Positions 23,764-31,227 of a stretch of DNA of 32,000 nucleotides are shown piece by piece. Each line of letters begins with the position of its first letter. Position 1 is the first letter of the stretch. A program made the translations under genes and the position numbers. Origin of the DNA: Pseudodesulfovibrio mercurii (GTDB taxonomy: Bacteria; Desulfobacterota; Desulfovibrionia; Desulfovibrionales; Desulfovibrionaceae); assembly GCF_000189295.2 (NCBI RefSeq), contig NC_016803.1:3390001-3422000 (forward strand), given 5' to 3'. The notes beneath the pieces are model-generated. The model did no database searches. It was not told the origin of the DNA and worked only from the letters and a program-made list of their open reading frames with translations.

Positions 23764-25314
23764 CTAGCGCTTCAGGCCGATGGCCGTGGACAGCAGGGTG
23801 TCCGCCGTGGTGATGATCTTCGAGTTGGCCTGGTAGGCCGCCTGGATGATGATCAGGTTGGTCAGCTGGGTGGCGGTGTCCACGTTGGACTGCTCCAGGG
23901 AGTTGGAGGCGATGGTCCCGAACCCGGCCGAACCCGGCGTGCCGACCAGGGCCTGGCCGGACTCGGTGGTGGCGGAGTAGAGGTTGCCGCCCTCGGAGTA
24001 GAGCCCCTGGGTGTTGGTGAAGTCGGCCAGGGCGAAGGTGTACAGCTCCTGGCTCTGGCCGTTGGTGTAGCTACCCTCGATGACGCCGTTCTCGTTGATG
24101 GTGATGTCCGTCAGTTCGCCGGGCGCGTAGCCGTCCTGGCTCAGGGTGTAGGTGGCCGAGCTGGAGGTGGTGCTGGTGGTGGCCGCCGTGGACAGGACCC
24201 CGGTGTTGAATGAGGGCAGTTCGTCCGGGGTGGTCGCGGCGGTCATGTCGTCCAGGGAGTCGATGCCGCCGGTGGTGTCCCAGCCCGTGCCCGTGGCGAA
24301 GTCCGAGTTGGAGAGGCCGAAGTTCATGGACACGGTCTGGTTCTCGTCCGCGCCGGTGAAGTTGCACTCGAACACGGGCAGCCCGTCGTTGTCGAAGTCG
24401 GCCAGGACCCAGTTCTCCTCGGCCAGGGGGTCGGTGGTGTCGGTCGGGGTGTCGGACAGGGTGAAGGCGGTCATGGACTGCAGGTCGCCCGAGGTGGAGA
24501 AGGTCAGGGTGCCGGTGACCAGCAGGCCCGCCGCGCTGGTGTCGGCCATGTCCGTGCCCTCGAAGTCGCGCATGTCCTCGCTGGCGTCGCAGCAGACCAT
24601 GTATTCCCAGACGATGGAGCCGTCGTCGGTCTCCACGGGATCGTAGTACACGGTCAGGTCGTGGGACGCGCCGTTCTCGTCGTAGACGGTGATGGTCGTC
24701 TGGTAGGCGTAGCGCGAGTCGTCCAGGGCCGGGTCCGCGGTGCCGTCGTAGATCTCGAACAGGGCGGCGTAGGGGTTGGTGGAGGAGGTCGTGTTGTCCG
24801 TCTCGGTGGAGTCCAGGTTGACCTGGATGGCGACCTCGCCGGTGGCCTGGGGCGGGGACTGGGAATTGTCGATCTGGATGTCCACCAGCCCGCCGGTGAT
24901 GGAGCCGTCCTCGGTCTCCCATCCCTGGACGTGGTTGCCGTGGGAGTCCACCAGGTAGCCGTCCGTGTCGAGGGTGAAGCCGCCGTCGCGGGTGTAGTAG
25001 GTGTTGCCCGTGTCCGGGTCGACCACGATGTAGAAGCCGTCGCCGTTGATGGCCACGTCCGTGACCGAGTTGGTGGTCTCGTAGGCCCCCTGGGAATAGT
25101 CCGTGGTCAGGGAGGAGGTGGTCACGCCGTTGCCCACCTGGCCGAGGGAGCCCCCGGCGTAGACCGTGGAGTAGAACACGTCCTCGAAGGCGATGGACAC
25201 GGACTTGTAGCCGGTGGTCGTGGAGTTGGCGAGGTTGTTGCTGACCACAGAAGTCGCCTGGCTCTGGGCCTGGAGGCCGGAAATGCCGGTATACATGGAA
25301 CCGCTGATGCTCAT
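23764..25314 (-). CDS. flgE: flagellar hook protein FlgE
   Basis: 516 aa. N-terminus YTGISGLQAQSQATSVVSNNLANSTTTGYK. C-terminus LEQSNVDTATQLTNLIIIQAAYQANSKIITTADTLL. Confidence 0.93.
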   Translation of the reverse strand: MSISGSMYTGISGLQAQSQATSVVSNNLANSTTTGYKSVSIAFEDVFYSTVYAGGSLGQVGNGVTTSSLTTDYSQGAYETTNSVTDVAINGDGFYIVVDPDTGNTYYTRDGGFTLDTDGYLVDSHGNHVQGWETEDGSITGGLVDIQIDNSQSPPQATGEVAIQVNLDSTETDNTTSSTNPYAALFEIYDGTADPALDDSRYAYQTTITVYDENGASHDLTVYYDPVETDDGSIVWEYMVCCDASEDMRDFEGTDMADTSAAGLLVTGTLTFSTSGDLQSMTAFTLSDTPTDTTDPLAEENWVLADFDNDGLPVFECNFTGADENQTVSMNFGLSNSDFATGTGWDTTGGIDSLDDMTAATTPDELPSFNTGVLSTAATTSTTSSSATYTLSQDGYAPGELTDITINENGVIEGSYTNGQSQELYTFALADFTNTQGLYSEGGNLYSATTESGQALVGTPGSAGFGTIASNSLEQSNVDTATQLTNLIIIQAAYQANSKIITTADTLLSTAIGLKR

Positions 25315-25344
25315 GATGTCGCTCCTTGCTGGATTCGGTCGGGG

Positions 25345-26022
25345 TTACTGGGTGGCGTAGGTCACGTCGGCCAGGTACACGGTCCGGCCGTCATCGAGGG
25401 TCAGGACGACGCCGTCGTCGGAATTGCTCACGCCGGTCACGGTGCCGGTGGTCGAGGTCGAGCAGCTCACCTCGTCGCCGTCTTCGTCGGTGGCCGTGGC
25501 CAGGACGTAGTAGTTGCCGTCATCGGCCTCGTCGCCGTTGTAGTCGGTGCCGTCCCAGGCGAAGGACACGGTTCCCGCTTCAAGCCCGGTGAAGGTCTGG
25601 GTGTCCACGATGGACCCGCTGGTGTCGTAGATGTTCACGACCAGCTCGGCCGCGTCGTCGTCCAGGGTCAGGTACAGGGAGGAGACGTCGTCCCCGTCCT
25701 TGTTGATGGTGTAGCCGTCGGCCTCCACCTCCTTGCCCAGGTAGTCGAGTCCGGAGGAGATTCCCTGAGCGTCGAGGGCGTCGGTCAGGGTGTCCATCTT
25801 CTCGTTCATCTCGGTGAGCTGTTCGAGCTGGGAATACTGGGTCATCTGATCGACCATCTGGGTGTTGTCCACGGGCTCGGTGGGGTCCTGGTACTCGAGC
25901 TCGGTGCACAGCAGGGTGATGAAGTCGTCCGAGGTCAGCGACGTGGCGCTCTCGGTGGTCGTGGTCGTGTCGGTGTACGACGCGAGCAGGGACTCGTAGT
26001 AGCTGGTGGTGTCGATGCTCAT
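25345..26022 (-). CDS. flgD: flagellar hook assembly (capping) protein FlgD
   Basis: ATG at 26022 with AAAGGAGGAAGG upstream. Motif DDFITLLCTELEYQDPTEPVDNTQMVDQMTQYSQLEQL is typical of FlgD. 225 aa. The start overlaps the upstream sigma gene's stop (ATGA at 26019-26022). Confidence 0.9.
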   Translation of the reverse strand: MSIDTTSYYESLLASYTDTTTTTESATSLTSDDFITLLCTELEYQDPTEPVDNTQMVDQMTQYSQLEQLTEMNEKMDTLTDALDAQGISSGLDYLGKEVEADGYTINKDGDDVSSLYLTLDDDAAELVVNIYDTSGSIVDTQTFTGLEAGTVSFAWDGTDYNGDEADDGNYYVLATATDEDGDEVSCSTSTTGTVTGVSNSDDGVVLTLDDGRTVYLADVTYATQ

Positions 26023-26603
26023 GAGACCTTCCTCCTTTCGGACGGCTCCGGCTCGTCGGTTTCGGCCAGGGGGGCGGAGGCGCCGTAGTGGATGCGCAGC
26101 CGGTCGAGGGCCTGGAACTTGATGCTGCGGACCGTGCGCGAGGTGATGCCGAGCTTCTGAGCGATCTCGCAGGCGATCAGTCCGTCCCGGTAGTAGAGGG
26201 TGACGACCTCGGCCTGGCGGTCGGTCAGCACGCCCGCGGGCAGGCTGAACAGGTTGGCGTCGAGGCCGCCCTCGGAGCTGCTCTGGGGGGCGTCGGTGAG
26301 CACGGACTCCATCCAGCGCAGCTTCTTTCTGTAGTAGTCGATGGCGGTGGTGCGGCAGATGATGTTGAGCCAGGTGATGAAGGAGCACTTCTCGTCGTTG
26401 TAGCGGGAGATATAGTCGTTCTTGAAAATCTTCAGGGCGATTTCCTGGTATATATCATCTATCTCCGCACTCTGGAGGTTGATACTCCTGGACTTCACAA
26501 AGTTTATGATGAGCTTATATATGAGTCTGGAATGTTCACTGAACAGACGGTCATATGATATCTCGTCATATCGTTTCTGGATTTCCATTACTGTGCTGCT
26601 CAT
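26019..26603 (-). CDS. short sigma-70-family RNA polymerase sigma factor, ECF-like (regions 2 and 4 only)
   Basis: ATG at 26603 follows GGAGGTTAAAA. Region-2-like DDIYQEIALKIFKN...FITWLNIICRTTAIDYYRKK. Region-4 HTH LTDRQAEVVTLYYRDGLIACEIAQKLGITSRTVRSIKFQALDRL. 194 aa with only about 30 aa of linker. The upstream ATGs of track ORF 26019..26654 lie 5' of the predicted promoter. Confidence 0.85.
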   Translation of the reverse strand: MSSTVMEIQKRYDEISYDRLFSEHSRLIYKLIINFVKSRSINLQSAEIDDIYQEIALKIFKNDYISRYNDEKCSFITWLNIICRTTAIDYYRKKLRWMESVLTDAPQSSSEGGLDANLFSLPAGVLTDRQAEVVTLYYRDGLIACEIAQKLGITSRTVRSIKFQALDRLRIHYGASAPLAETDEPEPSERRKVS

Positions 26604-26627
26604 TTTTAACCTCCTGCATTCCAGTTG

Positions 26628-26643
26628 AGCAATGCAGGTGCCG
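26628..26643 (-). promoter_or_regulatory. sigma-54 (RpoN) type promoter for the sigma-flgDEKL-fliD operon
   Basis: The minus strand reads CGGCAC-CTGCA-TTGCT, against the consensus TGGCAC-N5-TTGCW. The GG and GC dinucleotides are separated by exactly 10 nt. The predicted start is about 14 nt upstream of the ATG at 26603. Confidence 0.5.
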
Positions 26644-26852
26644 ACCAACATCAAGTTGGATTAAAGTCGTATCGATTTTTCTTTGAGCGACATTCACGTG
26701 AAATAAAGATTTCCGGTTCGACGGGGCAGATCGCCTGAGAAATTGAAGAAAATTTAAGGTTGATTCGTGGGGAAAGGGGCGCGGGGCGGCCCGGACCGGG
26801 CGCGTGGCGGGGGAGGGGAGATTTTTTCCTTCTCATGCGTGAAAAGTGCAAC

Positions 26853-26910
26853 CGTCCGGGGATGCCGGACGATAGTACCATTGAGGGCCGGTCCCTAAGG
26901 GGACCGGCCC
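26853..26910 (-). terminator. tandem hairpins downstream of the flagellin gene
   Basis: On the minus strand: GGGCCGGTCCCC-TTA-GGGACCGGCCC (26885-26910), 20 nt after the stop. Then CGTCCGG-CATCC-CCGGACG (26853-26871) followed by GTTGCACTTTTC. The U-tracts are weak. Confidence 0.55.
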
Positions 26911-26930
26911 ACGGTTGGAGAAGGTGCGGA

Positions 26931-27791
26931 CTAGCCGCCGATGAGCGACAGGGCCATCTGCGGGAGCGAATTGGCCTGCGAGAGCATCGCCACGGCAGAT
27001 TGGGTAATGATCTGCTCCTTGGTGTACTCGGTCATCTCGGTGGCGACATCCACATCGGAGATGCGGGACTCCGAGGCCTGAAGGTTCTCGGCCTGGATTT
27101 CGAGGTTGGAGATGGTGGCCGTCAGACGGTTCTGCATGGCGCCGAGGTTGGCCCGGACATTGTCCTTGGACTCGATGGCGTCGTTCAGGGCGTCCAGGGC
27201 GGCCTGGGCGGCCGCCTGGGTGGAGACCACCGCGCCCGCCTTGTCCACGCCCGCCGCCAGGCCCACGCCCAGGGCGGAGGCCGTGCAGTTGGCGATGGTC
27301 ACGTCGTACTTGTCCTCCGCGGCGTCGTTGCCCGTGCCGAAGTGGATGGTCACGCCGTCGGCGGAGAGGTTGCCGTTGAGCAGGTAGATACCGTTGAAGT
27401 CCGTGGCGTTGGCGATACGGGTGATCTCCGAGGCCATGGCCTGGTATTCGGAGTCGATGATCAGCCGCTGGGCGTCCGTGTAGGTACCGGTGGCGGCCTG
27501 CTCGGCCAGTTCCTTCATGCGGATGAGCTTTTCATCGATGACGGACAGCGCGCCGTCGGCGGTCTCGATCATGGAGATGCCGTCGTTGGCGTTGCGGATG
27601 CCCTGGTTGAGGGTGGAGATGTCCGAGCGCATGAGCTCGCGGACGGCCAGGCCGGCGGCGTCGTCGGCCGAGGAGTTGACGCGAAGGCCCGAGGACAGGC
27701 GTTCCGTGGACGTGCTCAGCGCGCTGTAGGCGCCGTTCAGGTTACGGGCGGCGGCACTTGCCATAAGGTTGTTGTTAACTACGAGAGCCAT
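26931..27791 (-). CDS. fliC: flagellin
   Basis: ATG at 27791 (MALVVNNNLMASAAARNLNGAYSALSTSTERLSSGLRVNSSADDAAGLAV) with AAGGAGG upstream. C-terminus AENLQASESRISDVDVATEMTEYTKEQIITQSAVAMLSQANSLPQMALSLIGG. 286 aa. Confidence 0.93.
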   Translation of the reverse strand: MALVVNNNLMASAAARNLNGAYSALSTSTERLSSGLRVNSSADDAAGLAVRELMRSDISTLNQGIRNANDGISMIETADGALSVIDEKLIRMKELAEQAATGTYTDAQRLIIDSEYQAMASEITRIANATDFNGIYLLNGNLSADGVTIHFGTGNDAAEDKYDVTIANCTASALGVGLAAGVDKAGAVVSTQAAAQAALDALNDAIESKDNVRANLGAMQNRLTATISNLEIQAENLQASESRISDVDVATEMTEYTKEQIITQSAVAMLSQANSLPQMALSLIGG

Positions 27792-27963
27792 GATTCCTCC
27801 TTGAATGGTTATGCTTCCATGCATTTTCTCCGTCACGATGATCGGAGAACCAAAATTGCCCATGTATACGAAACGGACAGGGGCAAACGTTCATGGAGGA
27901 AAAATATGCCGGGCAAAGATTCGGCGGCCGGCGGCGGTTTGCTGAATGTAAAACTGAGGTTTC

Positions 27964-27982
27964 TTAATGTTCTTAACATTAA
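27964..27982. promoter_or_regulatory. perfect 8-bp inverted repeat TTAATGTT-CTT-AACATTAA in the divergent flagellin / regulator intergenic region
   Basis: Read directly. It sits in an AT-rich stretch. A second inverted repeat, ATCATAA-(14 nt)-TTATGAT, lies at 27999-28026 just upstream of the regulator gene's SD. Confidence 0.4.
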
Positions 27983-28047
27983 TTGATTCGGATTTTATAT
28001 CATAATTTCTTCTGAATCTTTATGATGCATTCAAAAGGAGTGTGTTG

Positions 28048-28758
28048 ATGAAAGACCTGTTGCTGATCGACGACGACCCTGAACTGGCCGAAATGCTCCA
28101 GGCCTATCTCGGCGGCGAGGGGCTCGGCCTCGATGCGGCCGTATCCGGGAGCGCCGGTCTGGAAATGGCCCGGAAAGGGGATTACGAGCTGGTCATCCTG
28201 GACGTCATGCTCCCGGATACCAGCGGGTTCAACGTGCTGACCAAGCTGCGCGCCGTGTCCGGCGTGCCGGTCATCATGCTCACCGGGCGCGGGGAGGAGA
28301 TCGACCGGGTGGTCGGCCTGGAGATGGGCGCGGACGACTACGTGTCCAAGCCGTTCCAGCTGCGTGAGCTGCTGGCCCGCATCCGCGCGGTGCTGCGCCG
28401 CTACGGCAGCGGGGCCGAGGAGGCCGGTGACATGGCCGCGGTCAAGGCCAAGCCGGGCATCGAGATCGGCGAGGTCCACCTGAACCGCAACGCCCGGAAC
28501 ATGACCATCGGCGGCCTGCCCGTGCACCTGACCTCCACCGAGTTCGACATCCTGGAGATGCTCGCCCTGAACATGGGCAACGTGGTGGACCGCGTGAGCC
28601 TCATGGAGAAGGCGCTGGGCCGTAACGAGGATTTCGACGACTACGTGCTCAACGTGCACATGAGCAACCTGCGCAAGAAGCTGGACCGCAACGTCAGCAT
28701 CAAGACCATCCGGGGGCGGGGCTATCTCCTGGCCGTCCCCCAGGAAGAGGCCGTGTAG
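28048..28758 (+). CDS. OmpR/PhoB-family response regulator (REC + winged-helix DNA-binding domain)
   Basis: ATG at 28048 with AAAGGAG 7 nt upstream. REC motifs LLIDDD, LVILDVMLPDTSG and YVSKPF. Winged helix: LTSTEFDILEMLALNMGNVVDR...IKTIRGRGYLL. Confidence 0.92.
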   Translation: MKDLLLIDDDPELAEMLQAYLGGEGLGLDAAVSGSAGLEMARKGDYELVILDVMLPDTSGFNVLTKLRAVSGVPVIMLTGRGEEIDRVVGLEMGADDYVSKPFQLRELLARIRAVLRRYGSGAEEAGDMAAVKAKPGIEIGEVHLNRNARNMTIGGLPVHLTSTEFDILEMLALNMGNVVDRVSLMEKALGRNEDFDDYVLNVHMSNLRKKLDRNVSIKTIRGRGYLLAVPQEEAV

Positions 28759-30672
28759 ATGGGGCTCGACCGGTGGCGGCCGGTTTCCCTGTGCATCGTC
28801 TTCCTGCTGCTTTGGTCCACGGCCTGCCTGGCCGATGACGACCTGTCCGAGCTGGGGCTCGAGGAGCTCATGCAGGTGGAGGTGGCCAGCGCCACCCGCC
28901 GGACCGAGCCCCTGTCGCGCATCCCGGCGGCGGTCACGGTCCTGACCGAGGAGGACATCTTCCGGTCGGGCGCGACCAACGTGCCCGAGGCGTTGCAGCT
29001 CGTGCCCGGCGTGCACGTGGCCCAGACCAACACCGACCGTTGGGCCGTCGGCATCCGGGGCTTCAACGGCATCCTGAGCAACAAGCACCTGGTCCTGGTG
29101 GACGGCAGGCCGGTGACCTCGCCGGTCATGACCGGGGTGCAGTGGGACAACATCGTGCCCATCAGCATGATCAAGCGCATCGAGGTGGTGCGCGGCACCC
29201 GCACCAGCCTGTGGGGCGCGGAGTCCTTCACCGGGGTCATCAACATCATCACCAAGAACGCCTTCGAACTGCAGGGCGGACAGTCCGTGACCACGGGCGG
29301 CACCCGGGGCGTGGGCGAGACCGTGCGCCAGGGGGTGAAGACCGGCGACAATTCGGCCCTGGCGGTCTACGGCACGGGCCAGTACCTCAACGGCAACTGG
29401 CTGACCAGCCGCCACGGGGACCGCGACGGCAACGAGTGGAACAAGGTCCAGGGCGGCCTGCGCGCGGACTGGGAGAACGCCTTCACCGACGCCCTGTCCG
29501 TGCAGTGCGACCTGGTCCGCTCCAACACCGAGGAGGACGGTCCCGGCGGTCCCGGTCCGGGAGGCGTCCCGGAGACCCGCTCGCGCAGCGACGTCAACGG
29601 CTACGCCCAGTTCGTTTGGGACCGGGCCACGGGCCTGGACTCCAACCTGCGCTTCCGGACCTCCTACACCCGCGACACGGCCATGCTCGCCGACCTGGAC
29701 GGCGGGGTGAACGTCCTGGACGCCGAGCTGACCTCGGCCATGGAGCAGATGGGCCGCCACTACCTGACCTGGGGCCTGGGCACCCAGTATTTCTGGGACG
29801 ACGTGCACGACGGGAGCAACACGAACATCGACCGGGAGCACATCTACACCTGGACCGGCAGCGGCTTCCTGCGCGACCGCATCACCCTGCTGCCGGAGTC
29901 CCTCTATTTCATCGCCGGGCTGAAGGCCGACGCCCTGGGCGAGGGGACCACTGAGCTCCAGCCTACGGTCCGCCTGCTGCACACCCGGGACGACGCCGAG
30001 TACTGGCTGGCCGTGTCGCGCGGGGTGCGCGCGGACACCCGCTACCAGCGCAGCGGGACCTACGTGATCAACGTCGGGGGCACGGACTACCAGGTCGAGG
30101 CGCCGGGCAACCTCAAGACCGAAAAACTCGTCTCCTACGAGGCGGGCTACCGTCAGGCCCTGACCCAGGACGCCCGGTTCGACCTCTCCCTGTACGTCAA
30201 CGACTACTCCGAACTGCTCATGCTCGAGCTGGACAAGACCACCCACACGGCCAAGGTGACCAACTCCCTCAAGGGCACGGCCTACGGCCTGGAGGCCATG
30301 TTCGAGTGGACCGCCGCCGACTGGCTGACCCTCAAGCCCTCGGTCAGCCTCATCTACCAGAACCTCTACGGCCTGGAGTCCGGGCCGGTGGGCGACTCCA
30401 TGCCCGAAGAGGGGTTCGGCGGCGAGGTCAAGCTGCAGATCCTGACCAAGCCGCTCAAGGACGTGGGCTTCGACCTCTTTCTCGGCTACATCGACAGCCC
30501 GGACCAGCTCCACCTGCCCGCCTACTTCAACGTGGACGCCCACGCCTCCTGGCGGGTCTCGGACGCGCTCCTGCTCGAACTCATCGGCCGCAACCTCGGC
30601 GGCTCCCACGAACAGTTCTCGGAAATGGCCGTGGGCCCGAGCCTGGATTGCCGGATAACCTGGGACTTCTGA
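28759..30672 (+). CDS. TonB-dependent outer-membrane receptor
   Basis: The ATG directly abuts the regulator's stop (TAG ATG). It has a signal peptide. Plug motifs are VTVLTEEDIFRSGATNVPEALQLVPGV, IRGFN and IEVVRGTRTSLWGAESFTGVINIITK. Beta-barrel-like alternating C-terminal part ends in ...ITWDF (terminal aromatic). Confidence 0.9.
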   Translation: MGLDRWRPVSLCIVFLLLWSTACLADDDLSELGLEELMQVEVASATRRTEPLSRIPAAVTVLTEEDIFRSGATNVPEALQLVPGVHVAQTNTDRWAVGIRGFNGILSNKHLVLVDGRPVTSPVMTGVQWDNIVPISMIKRIEVVRGTRTSLWGAESFTGVINIITKNAFELQGGQSVTTGGTRGVGETVRQGVKTGDNSALAVYGTGQYLNGNWLTSRHGDRDGNEWNKVQGGLRADWENAFTDALSVQCDLVRSNTEEDGPGGPGPGGVPETRSRSDVNGYAQFVWDRATGLDSNLRFRTSYTRDTAMLADLDGGVNVLDAELTSAMEQMGRHYLTWGLGTQYFWDDVHDGSNTNIDREHIYTWTGSGFLRDRITLLPESLYFIAGLKADALGEGTTELQPTVRLLHTRDDAEYWLAVSRGVRADTRYQRSGTYVINVGGTDYQVEAPGNLKTEKLVSYEAGYRQALTQDARFDLSLYVNDYSELLMLELDKTTHTAKVTNSLKGTAYGLEAMFEWTAADWLTLKPSVSLIYQNLYGLESGPVGDSMPEEGFGGEVKLQILTKPLKDVGFDLFLGYIDSPDQLHLPAYFNVDAHASWRVSDALLLELIGRNLGGSHEQFSEMAVGPSLDCRITWDF

Positions 30673-31208
30673 TGGGTGCGCTGCGGCCGATACTCGTCGC
30701 CGCCCTGGCCTGGGCGCTGCTCCTGCCGTCGCTCCCGGCCCTGGGCGGGACGCGCCTGACCGCCACCCCGGACCAGCTGCGCGCCCTGTACGTGCAGCGG
30801 CTGGTCAAGTATGCGGCCTGGCCGGAGGGCGCGGGCCCGGCGCCGGGCCGTCCCTTCGTGGTCGCGGCCACGGACCCGGCCCGGCTGCGCCCCTACTTCC
30901 CGGCGCCGGACAACGGCGACCCCGCCTTCGAGCTGGTCCAGTGGCCCGCCGAGTGCGACGTGCTCGTCCTGGTCGGCGCGTCCCGGCGGGAGGTCGCGGC
31001 CATCCTCAAGCGCGTGGCGGACAGGCCCGTGCTGACCATCACCCAGGACCCGGACGGCCCGGCCCTGGGCGCGATCATCAATTTCGTCATGCAGGGCGGC
31101 CGCCTCAAGCTCGAGGTCAGCCCCGAGGCGGCCCGCCGGGCCGGGCTGACCATCAGCTCCCGGCTGCTGCAACTGGCCCGCATCTACCGGGAGGCGCCCC
31201 GTGACTAA
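30672..31208 (+). CDS. YfiR-family periplasmic protein (DUF4154)
   Basis: The ATG overlaps the receptor stop (TGATG). Signal peptide MGALRPILVAALAWALLLPSLPALG. Motifs YVQRLVKYAAWPEG and VLTITQDPDGPALGAIINFVMQGGRLKLEVSPEAARRAGLTISSRLLQLA are typical of DUF4154/YfiR. Confidence 0.85.
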   Translation: MGALRPILVAALAWALLLPSLPALGGTRLTATPDQLRALYVQRLVKYAAWPEGAGPAPGRPFVVAATDPARLRPYFPAPDNGDPAFELVQWPAECDVLVLVGASRREVAAILKRVADRPVLTITQDPDGPALGAIINFVMQGGRLKLEVSPEAARRAGLTISSRLLQLARIYREAPRD

Positions 31209-31227
31209 GCCCGCGCGCCCCCCCAAG

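Noticed and set aside
18948-26088. Numerous 150-690 aa ORFs in alternative frames across the flagellar genes, for example 21697..23760 +, 21662..23536 -, 19336..20775 -, 24661..26088 +, 24071..24922 -, 20166..21173 +.
   Set aside because: They are all antisense or out of frame relative to genes with canonical FlgK, FlgE, FlgL, FliD and FlgD termini. Their translations are homopolymeric G/R/V/D/H-rich with no start signals.
26655-26760. Sigma-28-like element TTAAA-N17-GGCGATCT upstream of the sigma/flgD operon.
   Set aside because: The spacing is too long, only 5 of 8 positions match in the -10 box, and a much better sigma-54 promoter lies closer to the gene.
26651-26881. 76-aa minus-strand ORF in the flagellin/sigma intergenic region.
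   Set aside because: It has no SD. It spans terminator hairpins and the AT-rich promoter region, and its composition is mixed and non-coding-like.
27792-27960. Sigma-28 (TAAA-N15-GCCGATAA) or sigma-54 promoter upstream of the flagellin gene.
   Set aside because: The best -10-like matches (TCCGATCA, GCCGAATC) lack a TAAA-like -35 at 14-16 nt. No GG-N10-GC element has a TTGC context. I could not support a promoter call.
28000-30609. 869-aa minus-strand ORF opposite the OmpR regulator and TonB-dependent receptor.
   Set aside because: Shadow ORF. The plus-strand products have clear REC, winged-helix and plug motifs, while the minus-strand translation is low complexity.
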